Source of the DNA: a virus
Strand: one strand, 5' to 3'
IMG/VR virus record: IMGVR_UViG_3300042691_019380
Location: 1 to 64,000 of that record
DNA: 64,000 bases
Under the pieces are notes generated by a model. That model did not search any database. It was not told the DNA's origin and saw nothing but the letters and a program-made list of their open reading frames with translations. Below, in pieces: positions 8,656 through 18,332 of this stretch. The position numbers and the translations under genes are program-made. How positions within the stretch are numbered: position 1 is the stretch's first letter; each line of letters starts with the position of its first letter.

Positions 8656-9437
8656 TCCCCGCCTCCCAGCCGCTCCAGCAGGCCGCGAAGGGTTTCCTGT
8701 ACCGATACGCCATCGACTGATAGTGCGTCTCCTATGATCCACTGAATCGCCGTCCGCTCAGAGTCAGTGAGCGTGGGCGAGCGGTAGAGCGGGACGACGA
8801 AATAGCCCGGCCGCAATCCAACCAGAGCCCGCCTGTCTGCCTCCCTCTGTGCGCTGGCCTTGTCGGAAAACATCGCCACCGCGTAGTCGCCGTAATCGCC
8901 AGCCACAGCCCACGCCACCGGCTCCTGTGTACCCTCGCGCGGCACACTACCCTCGCCGGGTGTAGCGTGCGAGGCGGGTGTATGTACCGGCGTCTCCCAT
9001 ACGCGCGAGTCTGGATCGGGGCCGTTGATAGGCTGTGGCCTATCAGAAACGCAGTCGTTGATAGGCTTTGGTGTATCGCCGGTGCCTTCGCCGGGTCGGA
9101 TGGCCGCTTTATCAGTGCGGTTCCTGTCGGCGTGCGTTGTCGGTTGCGGTGCGACCGACTCAACGCTGGCTCTCGCCGCCGGCGCGGCGTCTAGATTCGT
9201 TCGCTCCCGCTTGCGGAGCATGGCGTCGGCAATATGGCTGCCCCGCTCGGGACATTTCGCATCCGATTCGCCACCGTCGATGGCGTTCTGTCCCGCTCGG
9301 GAACGCTCGTGGAGCATAGCGTCAGCCAGTTCGTATGCCATCAACGCAATTTCACTCCTGCCTGACGCCGACTCTGGCTCAATGTTCGCCAGCCCCGTCA
9401 GCGCCGCAGCGGCGAAGTAGTCGCGGTCAGTCATCAT
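8652..9437 (-). CDS. Mosaic phage protein (RDYFAAAAL + EPVAW + TLRGLLER modules)
   Basis: Recognisable short phage modules joined by a low-complexity linker. Confidence 0.55.
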   Translation of the reverse strand: MMTDRDYFAAAALTGLANIEPESASGRSEIALMAYELADAMLHERSRAGQNAIDGGESDAKCPERGSHIADAMLRKRERTNLDAAPAARASVESVAPQPTTHADRNRTDKAAIRPGEGTGDTPKPINDCVSDRPQPINGPDPDSRVWETPVHTPASHATPGEGSVPREGTQEPVAWAVAGDYGDYAVAMFSDKASAQREADRRALVGLRPGYFVVPLYRSPTLTDSERTAIQWIIGDALSVDGVSVQETLRGLLERLGGGE

Positions 9438-9781
9438 CGAGAAACCCTCACGAGAGCCTGCGGATACTCCAGGCACGCATCGAGATATGCCTTACACCAT
9501 TTCACGAAGCCGTCGTAGTCGCCCCAGCCGTTGCTGGGATTGAAAGCCTTGTAGTGGTCCGGTCGGAGCCTCATGTCGTCGAGGCCCACAGATAGACGTC
9601 CGGCTACCTGGGCGGCTGTCGTGATCCCATGCTCGTCTGGCCGCCACAGGCACTCGTAGACGCCAGCCTCAGACGCCATCACGTTGAGGTTGTGTGTGAC
9701 GTTGGCCGTGAAAACGACATGCTCGTCTGGCTCGTCGTGGCCGACATCGACATCAAAGTACAGATACACGTCGAGGCTCAT
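9434..9781 (-). CDS. Conserved phage hypothetical protein
   Basis: MSLDVYL..N.THNL..MA.EAG...P.NGWG.Y. Confidence 0.7.
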   Translation of the reverse strand: MSLDVYLYFDVDVGHDEPDEHVVFTANVTHNLNVMASEAGVYECLWRPDEHGITTAAQVAGRLSVGLDDMRLRPDHYKAFNPSNGWGDYDGFVKWCKAYLDACLEYPQALVRVSR

Positions 9782-9789
9782 GCGGGCTG

Positions 9790-9827
9790 ATCTTATGGAT
9801 CGCCCGCAGAGACGCAACGAGTTTTTT
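9790..9827 (-). promoter_or_regulatory. Putative class-II promoter (A-tract, TTGCGT-N16-TAAGAT)
   Basis: AAAAAACTCG before -35, like 48519 and 50202; 8 nt from -10 to ATG. Confidence 0.5.
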
Positions 9828-9979
9828 CAGCGAGACTTGAGACTTGCAAGTCTCGCCGCTACCTCGACCCTCGCATCGTCGAGGCCGATACTACGGCCCC
9901 CGACGTCTTGCCGAAGGCTGGATGACCTCCAGCCTACGCCTGCCCGTGCAGTTCAGGGCTGCATGGGCATTGCTTCAGG

Positions 9980-12250
9980 CTAGTCGTAGGCCGGAAATGC
10001 CGAGAGATCGGCATAGGTGAGTTGATACCCTCCACCGAGAGAAGTCATCATGCCGTTTACCGTGCCGCAGTGTGCCGAGATGTTGGTTCCTCCGAACCCC
10101 TGCCCGCCGGATGTCAGCACAGAAATCAGCACCGGCTGGCCGTTGACAATCAGAAACACCGGATTTCCAGAGTCGCCAACAACGACAGACTCCGCGAACA
10201 GGAGCCTCTGCGCGTTTGTTGGGAATGCTCCCCCAACGCCGGAAGTCATAAACGCCAAATCCAACACCAGTCCCTTCTCTTCTTGGTCCAGCACAAGGGC
10301 TGGTATGCGGGCGGTGCTGCTTACGGTCGGCAGATACGAGGCAAAGTTCGCTGGCAACACCCTGGCGAAACTCACGCCAGCCGGAACGTCAGAGTCAAGG
10401 ATGCCGATTGCGATGTCGTTGGAGAACGGATAAACAAAGTTTGGATGAACCGCCTTCGCGGTCATGGTTCGGTTAACAACAGTCCCATTGGCCGCCACAA
10501 ACCGCACCGTTGCGTCCGTTGCGATCTGGTAATGTGCCGCGAACAAGATATGCCTTGGGCTGATAAGAGTTCCGGCCATCGTATTGAGGCCGCTGGAGTT
10601 CCACACAGAGCAGCAAGTCAGGTCTACATCGCTCGCCCAAAACGACGCATTGCGAGTGTACGATGGCGGTGCCGAAACGTGATTCTGTGCCGTGAACATT
10701 GCGAGCGAGGATGCGGCAGTTTTTCCGGCGAGCCGCGAGTCCACGCCAGAAACAATGTTGGCTGCGAGAGAGCCAGAGGTGAACGACTGGAACGTGTCTA
10801 CGATGCTGGTGATAGATCGGGCGACAGCGGGCGCGCGCGCCGTCCTGTCTCCAGCAACGCCAGCGAACACGACAGCGCCAGGGGATACAAAGGTGGATAC
10901 GCCGCCAGACTGCGGGCTTGGATTCGTCAGGATAGATGTGTCGCTGCTTGTGATGACAGGGCTTGAGGGCGAACCGGCCGCAGCGAGCATTGACACATTA
11001 AAGTCGGACACAAACGTGCCGCCACTGACTCTCTGATAGACAGCGTCCTTGATCGTCACGCTCTCTGTCGATCCAGATGCGGTTTGCCGCAGTGACTCTG
11101 TGACGAGGATTTCAGCATCACTTGTGAACGCGTCTCCGGTGATAGTCCATCCTGCGCCGCCTGCCGATGTCGGCGCGGTCAAATACAGCCGAGCCCCTAG
11201 CCCCGACCTGAACGGCCCATTCGGTTCGTACTGCGTGTCGCTATATCGTTTATTGGTCGCCGTCAGCGTCCTTGCCCCCCACCCTTGCGCCGCTGCTTGT
11301 GTTGCCCAACCGATGAGCGTTCTGCTGTAATTCTCTTCGCTCATGCTTGTGTTGTTAATGGCAGGCGTGTTGCTTGAACCGACCGCCAAAGCAGCAAGCG
11401 ACCAACCTCCAAGTGATTGGTCAAACTTGCTGCCGGAAGAAAACATAGCATTGACAACAGCGCCACCCAAACTAGTGGCGCTAGATGTATTCCAACTTTC
11501 GATAGGCTGATTAAAGTTAGGCACGCCCACAAACATGGAGTTGAACAACGTCACCCCAGAAGGAAGATTTAGTGGTACTTGAATCACGTTGGGGCAGTTT
11601 CGGAATGCGTTAGTTAAAGAAGTCACGCCTATGTTGCCGAAAGACAGGCAGCGGACTAGTTTTAATTTGTTATTGGTGTCGGCCGTATGTGCATTATAAT
11701 TAAACGTTGACATCGTACCGCTGATCTGAACAACGTAAACGCCGGGTGACGAGTATGTTTTGGTCTTGTATCCTCCTGTTGTGTGTGTTGCGCTAGTGCC
11801 ATCCCCCCAGTCGATGGTGCAATTCACAGGCGCGACAAGGTGAACGGAGACTGTGTTGTTCGCTGGCTCCTTGCTTGTGTCGAAAACCAGCGTCAGGTTC
11901 GCCGGGTTGTAGACAAACGGGGCAAGGGTGTGGCTCGCGACTGCAAACGGGCTGGTGCCAGCGGCGTTTGTGGCTGCAACGCGGAAGAGATACGCGGTCT
12001 GGTTCGTCAGGCCGGTTACAGTGGCCGATGTGGCTGACGACGCTGGGCGATTGAATGTCGTCCATGTGGCACCGTCGTTGCTGCTGTATTGAATTAGGTA
12101 GTTGGTGATTGGCGCACCAACGTGCCTGCTGGGGGCCTGCCACACCAACTCTATCTGCGAGTCGCCAGAGGTTCCTGTTATTGCTCGCGGGATAGATAGC
12201 GAGGACAGGCGGCCCGGCCTGGGCCGCATCAACCTGTTGTTCATCGGCAT
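9980..12250 (-). CDS. Virion adhesin-like protein: FN3 + BspA/DUF285-like + trypsin-like serine protease domain
   Basis: W.AP...ITNY.IQYS...TGLTN.T.Y.FRVAA.NAAG (FN3); FNQPIESWNTS (BspA-like); LISPRHILFAAH / DIAIG / GDSG (H-D-S triad). Confidence 0.75.
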   Translation of the reverse strand: MPMNNRLMRPRPGRLSSLSIPRAITGTSGDSQIELVWQAPSRHVGAPITNYLIQYSSNDGATWTTFNRPASSATSATVTGLTNQTAYLFRVAATNAAGTSPFAVASHTLAPFVYNPANLTLVFDTSKEPANNTVSVHLVAPVNCTIDWGDGTSATHTTGGYKTKTYSSPGVYVVQISGTMSTFNYNAHTADTNNKLKLVRCLSFGNIGVTSLTNAFRNCPNVIQVPLNLPSGVTLFNSMFVGVPNFNQPIESWNTSSATSLGGAVVNAMFSSGSKFDQSLGGWSLAALAVGSSNTPAINNTSMSEENYSRTLIGWATQAAAQGWGARTLTATNKRYSDTQYEPNGPFRSGLGARLYLTAPTSAGGAGWTITGDAFTSDAEILVTESLRQTASGSTESVTIKDAVYQRVSGGTFVSDFNVSMLAAAGSPSSPVITSSDTSILTNPSPQSGGVSTFVSPGAVVFAGVAGDRTARAPAVARSITSIVDTFQSFTSGSLAANIVSGVDSRLAGKTAASSLAMFTAQNHVSAPPSYTRNASFWASDVDLTCCSVWNSSGLNTMAGTLISPRHILFAAHYQIATDATVRFVAANGTVVNRTMTAKAVHPNFVYPFSNDIAIGILDSDVPAGVSFARVLPANFASYLPTVSSTARIPALVLDQEEKGLVLDLAFMTSGVGGAFPTNAQRLLFAESVVVGDSGNPVFLIVNGQPVLISVLTSGGQGFGGTNISAHCGTVNGMMTSLGGGYQLTYADLSAFPAYD

Positions 12251-12360
12251 GGCGTCAGTTCCTCGCGTCTGCGGCTTTGGGCTGGAGGGCGTACAGCAGC
12301 CGCGTCTGCTCACTCACGGCTTGGCTGATTTCGCGTTGCGTGGCGGCGATTTCCATGGCG

Positions 12361-12669
12361 TCAGTTCCTCGACCCGTCGATCAGTTCCTTGACCACTACC
12401 TTCAACTCACGCTGCCCATGCGACAGTTCTTGTAGAGTCACCGCCTGCTGCTGCTGCACTTGCCCGATCTCTCGCAGCGTCTCGCTCGTCGTGTCAAGGA
12501 ACTCGACGTGGCTCTTCACCACCGGCTGGAGGACGGTCGTGTGCAACGCGACCATCGCCTCACGGCCGAAATACAGCACGAATGCCAGGATCACGCACGG
12601 CACGCCGAACCGATCGGCAATTTTAAAGAAAGCGTCGAGTAGACCAGCCCGAATCTCTTCTGCTGTCAT
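12361..12669 (-). CDS. Holin-like membrane protein
   Basis: One TM segment (FGVPCVILAFVLYF) plus coiled coil; near the protease and lipoprotein genes. Confidence 0.45.
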   Translation of the reverse strand: MTAEEIRAGLLDAFFKIADRFGVPCVILAFVLYFGREAMVALHTTVLQPVVKSHVEFLDTTSETLREIGQVQQQQAVTLQELSHGQRELKVVVKELIDGSRN

Positions 12670-12674
12670 GTCGG

Positions 12675-13025
12675 TCACCCCTTGAGCATGACGACGACAG
12701 AAGCAGCGGTCCCTTGCGACTGATCGGCGACGAGTTTGACGGCTCCGACGCCGTAGCACTCGTCCGGAATTGGGTAGACGCGGGCCTCAGAAGTAGACGG
12801 AGACAGCGAAATCGAGATCGCTTGGCCGTCTTTGTATAGCCTGCCGTACGCAGACGTGCCGTCGTCGGATGCCCACACGCTCAAGGTCGTGAACGCCGCG
12901 TTCGACGCCCCGACTTCGATTGCGCCCCCGGCCACGTCGTCAAACCGAATCGCTGTCGCAGACGATACAGCCGTGGTCAGAGACAGGGGGAAAGCGCGGA
13001 ACTTCCGCTTGATTTTTGGTTCCAT
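12675..13025 (-). CDS. Small beta-rich structural protein
   Basis: SD GGAGG; small-residue-rich beta pattern. Confidence 0.45.
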   Translation of the reverse strand: MEPKIKRKFRAFPLSLTTAVSSATAIRFDDVAGGAIEVGASNAAFTTLSVWASDDGTSAYGRLYKDGQAISISLSPSTSEARVYPIPDECYGVGAVKLVADQSQGTAASVVVMLKG

Positions 13026-13090
13026 CCGTTCGCACCTCCGTGTGCAGTGTGGGGATCAAGTCCCTCGCGTGACATGTCTAGTCTAGAAAC

Positions 13091-13465
13091 TCACCGCGAA
13101 TGCCCTGAAGTCAGTTCTTTCTGCCATCCGGCCATCTTCACTCGATTGGCCCGCGACTCGAACCACCACTCCAAGAGCCTTTTCAGCAAGTACTGGATCA
13201 GGGGACTGATCAGAATCCAGAAAAGCGGACCAAACTGAGCCTCTTCGCCGTAGAGCAGCCTGTACCCGCGATTCACAGACTGCCCCCAGGCCGCAAGAAC
13301 GACGCCCTGCTCGTTCGAGCCTTGCGAAATGTGCTGGAAGAACTCCAGCGGGCATTGCTCGATGGCAATCGTGATGATGTCGTCGACCTTCTCGCGGCCG
13401 ACGAGGCTCCGCCTGAGAACAGGCAGTTCGCGCCAGAGTTGGCCCCGAAGTTCTTGCTGAGTCAT
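13091..13465 (-). CDS. Hypothetical membrane-associated protein
   Basis: Hydrophobic segment near the C-terminus; coupled overlap. Confidence 0.5.
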   Translation of the reverse strand: MTQQELRGQLWRELPVLRRSLVGREKVDDIITIAIEQCPLEFFQHISQGSNEQGVVLAAWGQSVNRGYRLLYGEEAQFGPLFWILISPLIQYLLKRLLEWWFESRANRVKMAGWQKELTSGHSR

Positions 13466-13761
13466 TTCGGCAAAGTCTTGGCCGGGATCAGAAACTGCCT
13501 ATTCGTCTTGCACGGACACGAGTCGTCGCATGGGCACGCGACCCACTCGATGCCGTCGCCAGATCGAACCAGACCGCCCTTGCACTTGCCGCAGCACTTC
13601 TTCGGCTCTGGCGGCTTGAGAGACACGGCAGACTCGGCCTTAGTGGCCTCGTACGCCGCGCAGGCGAAGCACTCTCCGAGCAGTTCGATCTGTTTGGGAG
13701 TCAGATTTGGCTCGCCCCGGCACCCGGCGAGAGCCACGAGCAGCACGAGCGCCTTCTTCAC
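13462..13761 (-). CDS. Lipoprotein with Cys-rich C-terminus
   Basis: KKALVLLVALAGC lipobox; CCGKC...CPC...CPC; GTG overlaps the upstream stop. Confidence 0.7.
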   Translation of the reverse strand: MKKALVLLVALAGCRGEPNLTPKQIELLGECFACAAYEATKAESAVSLKPPEPKKCCGKCKGGLVRSGDGIEWVACPCDDSCPCKTNRQFLIPAKTLPK

Positions 13762-14720
13762 AGAATCCCTCCAGTCCATGAGGGGAGTTTCCTGGGAGGG
13801 AAACCGTCGTAGGACGAGAGAGCAAACGAGTCTTTCCAAGACTTGAGCATCTTGTCCAAGACTTCGGCATCGACCCAGAACGTCGATCCCCTAAACTCGT
13901 CGGGCATGTCGTCAGGGCGGCTTGGAATCCCAGAATAGTGCGGCCCCGTGTGGGCTTTGCTTCCCCACGAGTTCCAGATCAGGGCTCCAGGCCTCTTGCC
14001 GCCTCTTTTGCCGATTCCGGCCATGCAATGCAGCCACTCGCCGCGAGGGGTCGCGAAGCCCGTGTTCTCGATCGTCGTCCCCTTCGAGCGGGACATCGTG
14101 AAGCCCTGCCCAGAACAGATCGCGACCGGAAATCCGCTGGAGATCGCCTTGCAGTACGAGTCAAAGTCCGTGATCAGGGTCGTAGTCTTGATCCGTCTCT
14201 GCTTGGCGAACTTCTCCAGTTCGTCGGGCATCCCCGTGTCGCCCCACTGCTTTTCTCGAATGCCTGAGTAGTCTTTGAAGACAGTCCCGCCGTAGTCCAC
14301 GCCGTAGTGCAGCACGCCCCATTTCATTACGGCGTCAGCAGCGGCGGCCCCAAAAGACCCGTCGGCAGTGCCAGCGCGAGTCTTGCCTCTCGCTTCGACC
14401 CTCGATACGCCGTAAATCGAGGCCTCCAAGATGCGGCCCTTCCAGTCTTCGGCCTCACCGTGGACGACGATCTCTGTCGCGGCGAGGGCATCTCCGCATC
14501 CAGCCCATCCGTGGCCGACGCAACTGCCAATGGCCTGGGCCACTCTCTTGTAGAGCGGGTCGACTTTCAGAATGGCCGGATACAGGACGACGTCTTGATT
14601 ATCGTTGCTCTTGAGTTGCGGCCCCGCTTGGGCCAGGGTCGGGTACTTGAGCGACGAGACAAACTTCTCGGTAGCCGCTGGGTTGGGTACGTACCCCTGC
14701 GGACGCCACGGAGCAGCCAT
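13758..14720 (-). CDS. Papain-like (C1) cysteine protease
   Basis: Q.IGSC, HCM.GIG and WNSWG catalytic motifs. Confidence 0.85.
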   Translation of the reverse strand: MAAPWRPQGYVPNPAATEKFVSSLKYPTLAQAGPQLKSNDNQDVVLYPAILKVDPLYKRVAQAIGSCVGHGWAGCGDALAATEIVVHGEAEDWKGRILEASIYGVSRVEARGKTRAGTADGSFGAAAADAVMKWGVLHYGVDYGGTVFKDYSGIREKQWGDTGMPDELEKFAKQRRIKTTTLITDFDSYCKAISSGFPVAICSGQGFTMSRSKGTTIENTGFATPRGEWLHCMAGIGKRGGKRPGALIWNSWGSKAHTGPHYSGIPSRPDDMPDEFRGSTFWVDAEVLDKMLKSWKDSFALSSYDGFPPRKLPSWTGGIL

Positions 14721-15196
14721 CACTGATCCTTTCCAAGCCCAGCCCATGCGATAGCGTCGAAGACTTCGACGGCCTTCGCCCGTAAATCAGGAGTCAGAGA
14801 CCTCTGGTCTTTGCCGATAACCTCGCCGAGGACCTTTTCGATGGCCTCGCTCAAGTCCTCGTACTCGCCGGGCGGGTTTTCGGCCATTCCACGCCAGATG
14901 AACTTCAGAATCGCCACATGGATCGCCCGCAGGCCCTCCGTTGTGACGATGACCTGGGGCTCGACGATTCCGTCGGCAGCCACGACCTTCGCGGCGTTGC
15001 TGTAGATCGTCTGGAGCCAGAGCCGATCAATCGGCGACATCTTGCTGACGGCCCGAACGACTGGCTTGACGGTGCTTTTCATGGCCTCGCGGGGCTCCTG
15101 AACGACAGCCGGGCCGGAGACGTTGAACTTGGGCAACGACGGAAGCCCAAACACTCCGTAAGCAGCCAGGACAACAGCCAGAATGATTCTTTTCAC
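14720..15196 (-). CDS. Secreted or membrane-anchored protein
   Basis: N-terminal signal-like segment MKRIILAVVLAA. Confidence 0.6.
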   Translation of the reverse strand: MKRIILAVVLAAYGVFGLPSLPKFNVSGPAVVQEPREAMKSTVKPVVRAVSKMSPIDRLWLQTIYSNAAKVVAADGIVEPQVIVTTEGLRAIHVAILKFIWRGMAENPPGEYEDLSEAIEKVLGEVIGKDQRSLTPDLRAKAVEVFDAIAWAGLGKDQ

Positions 15197-15198
15197 GT

Positions 15199-15447
15199 CT
15201 ACTTCTCCGGCTTAAGCAGCACGTCGATGAGCCCCTTGCAGAGCCGAACTCCCTCGACGTTCCCGGCGGCCTGGAGCCGTCTCGCGATGTCCAGCACCGT
15301 CTTGGCGTCGTCGGTCACTTCTTCTCGCGACGCCGACCACGACCACGACCACCGTGGACGCATTGCCACCAGGGCAGGAGACGCCACGAGAGCAATCGCC
15401 GCCACGACGGCAGAGGCGCGAAGAGCAAACTCAACATCGAACATCAC
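15199..15447 (-). CDS. Small membrane protein
   Basis: TM helix AVVAAIALVASPALVA. Confidence 0.5.
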   Translation of the reverse strand: MMFDVEFALRASAVVAAIALVASPALVAMRPRWSWSWSASREEVTDDAKTVLDIARRLQAAGNVEGVRLCKGLIDVLLKPEK

Positions 15448-15722
15448 TTTTCTCCATCTATCTTGTCGACGATCCACCGCAGGAACGACTCGCCCTGCGG
15501 AGACTTCAGGATCGCCGTGACATGGTCAACGAGTTCATCGTCAACCTTGGTGTTCTTGGACTTGGCCGCCAGCCACTCGCAGGCGTCGGCGACGATCAGA
15601 GACTTGGCATGCGGATCATGCTCGGCCAAAAAAGCCTGCACGTAGGTCACGACCGGCGACCACTCTTGCAGGATGCGAATCTTTTCCCAGATCGAGACAG
15701 AGCCGTAGTTCGGTTCGGGCAT
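15444..15722 (-). CDS. Hypothetical protein
   Basis: SD-preceded ATG, 92 aa. Confidence 0.6.
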   Translation of the reverse strand: MPEPNYGSVSIWEKIRILQEWSPVVTYVQAFLAEHDPHAKSLIVADACEWLAAKSKNTKVDDELVDHVTAILKSPQGESFLRWIVDKIDGEK

Positions 15723-15773
15723 GGCTGAAAACCTCCGTGTGTCAGTGCCGGAATCCAGGCTACACGGAGACGC

Positions 15774-16175
15774 CTACTCACCCGAAGTATCAATCAAATC
15801 TTCTGCCGTTGTTTCGAGTTGCTCGTCCGCAAAGCCGCGAATAACAGTTCTTGCCGAGACGACTTGAATCTCGACGAACTTCGGCTCGGGGCTGTGCCCG
15901 ACACGACGCCTCTCTCGCTCTTCGTCGCTCCAGCCAGCCTGAAACTCCAGGCATTTCTGCCGTATTTCATCCGGTGTTGGGAGGTAGGCTGTTCGCTTGC
16001 CGGTCTTGGACCCGTGCCAACTCCCCCTGCGTGGCAAGCCCAGTCGGCGACGAGTGGCGTCGCAACGGTCGGCCGAGATTTTCAGAGTCTCGGCAATCAC
16101 TCTGGTCGGCGTCCCTGCCAACCACATCTGCGAAAATGTAGCCGTGCAGACGGTTACATTTGGCCCTCTTGGCAT
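15774..16175 (-). CDS. GcrA-like HTH protein with PTPxEI..W.DEE.ERR motif
   Basis: MWLAG....IA..L..S.......RRLGLP.R. Confidence 0.55.
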   Translation of the reverse strand: MPRGPNVTVCTATFSQMWLAGTPTRVIAETLKISADRCDATRRRLGLPRRGSWHGSKTGKRTAYLPTPDEIRQKCLEFQAGWSDEERERRRVGHSPEPKFVEIQVVSARTVIRGFADEQLETTAEDLIDTSGE

Positions 16176-17038
16176 GTTTCTTCTTCCGGAACCCAAAACG
16201 ACACAACCCGCTGCGATGGGTTGAGGTAACAGTCCCCTCTCATAGACCTCCAGTGAGCGACATGTTCGCAATCTCCTCCGGTGTATTCGCCTGAGATGAA
16301 GTCCCCCATGCGATATACGGCCAACTGACCGAAGCACGAGTTCATGCGGACGGGCGGCGAGCCGACGGGCGGGTGCCAGAGGTGGAACCAGAGCATGTTC
16401 TGCCGCTCTTTCCACCATGTCCAACGGCACGCCCAGGCGTCGTACTGGCATTCCGTGGGCTGGGGCCATACGGGACGACCCCAGATTGCCCACGAGTACG
16501 AACCCATGCCGGAAGCGTTCGAGTACTCGTCGTCTTCGAGGTGCCCGACCGTGCTCGCGATGCCGTCGACGCTCCAGCCGCCCCATGGGTCGGTGTCGAA
16601 GACGATCGCGTAGTCAAAATCCCAGCAATTCTCGGCACACCAGAGCCTGCAAGTGTTCCGGTACTCGGCCAACGCGATCGTCCGGTCTTGAGACTTCGTG
16701 TAGTTCAGGTGCGGGCGACCATTGTCCGTGGTCACGACAGCGATTTTGTCGCAGGAGTGTGCTTTCAGGGCGCTCTTTGTGTCGTCGACGGAGTCGTTCT
16801 CGAAGATGAACGCCCGCCAGTCGGCGAACATCTCGCCAGTCTTTTCGACAAGCGAGAGCGTGCGAGGCAGAAACGGCATCGCGTTGCGACAGATCGCGAC
16901 CATGGCGACCCTTCGCTTCTTGGCCTGCTTGCGGCCGAGGCGAACTCGATTCCAGTACTCGTCAGCGAACTCTGGGTCCGGGGGCAGAATGAGATCGGGA
17001 TTGTGTCGCTCGATCTCGGCGAGAGTTAAGGTCGGCAC
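16154..17038 (-). CDS. Glycosyltransferase, GT69/CAP59-like
   Basis: FENDS.D.T, R...LA.YRN, FDTD (DxD), NSCFG.LAVY, DCEH. Confidence 0.75.
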   Translation of the reverse strand: MPTLTLAEIERHNPDLILPPDPEFADEYWNRVRLGRKQAKKRRVAMVAICRNAMPFLPRTLSLVEKTGEMFADWRAFIFENDSVDDTKSALKAHSCDKIAVVTTDNGRPHLNYTKSQDRTIALAEYRNTCRLWCAENCWDFDYAIVFDTDPWGGWSVDGIASTVGHLEDDEYSNASGMGSYSWAIWGRPVWPQPTECQYDAWACRWTWWKERQNMLWFHLWHPPVGSPPVRMNSCFGQLAVYRMGDFISGEYTGGDCEHVAHWRSMRGDCYLNPSQRVVSFWVPEEETCQEGQM

Positions 17039-17754
17039 TCCTGTTTCCTGACTACCCCCCACTCAATCGGCTTCCCGAACCGCTCCGACGTCCAGAGATG
17101 GGTCGCGAGCATGGTTTCATCAACACCGGCGATCGTCGTGGCCTGCGGGTATGCGTACATGCCCGTAATGACGGCTCCGCCGCTGGGCGGACGCGAGAAC
17201 GTGCCGTGCCTGTGCCAAGTCTTGACGCTCAGGCACGGATTGATGACTCGAAACGACCGTGATGCAGCCCACGAAACTATCGCCTGATCGCACGCCTGCA
17301 TCCCCAGCGGCAAGTCCGGCGCGTCTCGCATCGCCTCGGTGGCAAGAAACGCCCACGAGTCCTGCGAGCCCGAGAAGAAGCAGAAGTCGTCGAAGTGCTG
17401 CTTGCCTTGAGACTCAGTCGTTCGCGGTACGTGCAGCACGTGGCCGATCATGCGAGGCGAGACCGGACTGTCCCACCTCGTGAGAGCGACGAACGTCCTG
17501 TCGTCGACATGCGGCTCAATCAGGCTTATGGTGTCGTCAAAGATGATGTCCGTATTGGCGACGACGCAGAGTTCTCCGGGCCAGCGGTCGACACACTCGC
17601 CGAACAACTCTCTGTAGGTCTTGCTGCTACCTTGGGCGTCAACGTAGACGACGTCTGAGAACAGGCCGCTGGACTCGTTGGCTTCGCGGCACTCGCGAAT
17701 CTCGTCGAGACGTCGCTCGTCGCTTGGAGTCCACCACTGGGACAGGAGGTTCAT
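17026..17754 (-). CDS. Putative GT-A fold glycosyltransferase
   Basis: VANTDIIFD, ALTRWD, SQDSWAF, G..CD, INP...H.H. Confidence 0.6.
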   Translation of the reverse strand: MNLLSQWWTPSDERRLDEIRECREANESSGLFSDVVYVDAQGSSKTYRELFGECVDRWPGELCVVANTDIIFDDTISLIEPHVDDRTFVALTRWDSPVSPRMIGHVLHVPRTTESQGKQHFDDFCFFSGSQDSWAFLATEAMRDAPDLPLGMQACDQAIVSWAASRSFRVINPCLSVKTWHRHGTFSRPPSGGAVITGMYAYPQATTIAGVDETMLATHLWTSERFGKPIEWGVVRKQECRP

Positions 17755-18332
17755 GCCGCTGACCGTAGCCACTCCAGTTTTGCGCCGACTCCGCTAATTC
17801 CGCATGCGTGCAGGAACTGCTTATTTTGCGGCATCGAGCCTCGCCATGCGTTCCATTTCGGATCAAGCCTGTACGCACTGAACGCCCCGAGGCCGACCAG
17901 CCAGTTGATCGCCGCCTGTTCCCACCAGTGGTGACTGGCAAATTGATCGCACATGGCCGCGTCGACGATCGCCGATAGGCACTGCCTGCGGCACAGCATG
18001 ACGCCGCAGTTGAAGTGGCCGACTCCGCTTTCGTCCGTCAGGAAACACATCCCAACAGACTCTCCGCCAGGGAGTTCAGAGAACACATCGTCCGTGGCGA
18101 GCCGCACGTCAACGTCAGCGTCCAGCCAGAGTACTTCGTCGCAGACGGAAAGGCCCCAGGCAATGGAAGACAGTTTGCTCCATGAGGCTGGCCTGCATGG
18201 ATGCTTGCCGTGAAGGCCCGAGAAACTTGCGCCAACCGACTTCGCGTACTCCCTCATCGAGGGCCACGTAAAGTCAGCGAGCGAATCCCAGTCGCTGGAG
18301 TCGGTCGATGAAACGATGATCCGGCTGCTCAA
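17751..18332 (-). CDS. Glycosyltransferase, GT34-like
   Basis: W.KL, VLWLDAD, FN.GVML, WEQAA. Confidence 0.75.
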   Translation of the reverse strand: MSSRIIVSSTDSSDWDSLADFTWPSMREYAKSVGASFSGLHGKHPCRPASWSKLSSIAWGLSVCDEVLWLDADVDVRLATDDVFSELPGGESVGMCFLTDESGVGHFNCGVMLCRRQCLSAIVDAAMCDQFASHHWWEQAAINWLVGLGAFSAYRLDPKWNAWRGSMPQNKQFLHACGISGVGAKLEWLRSAA

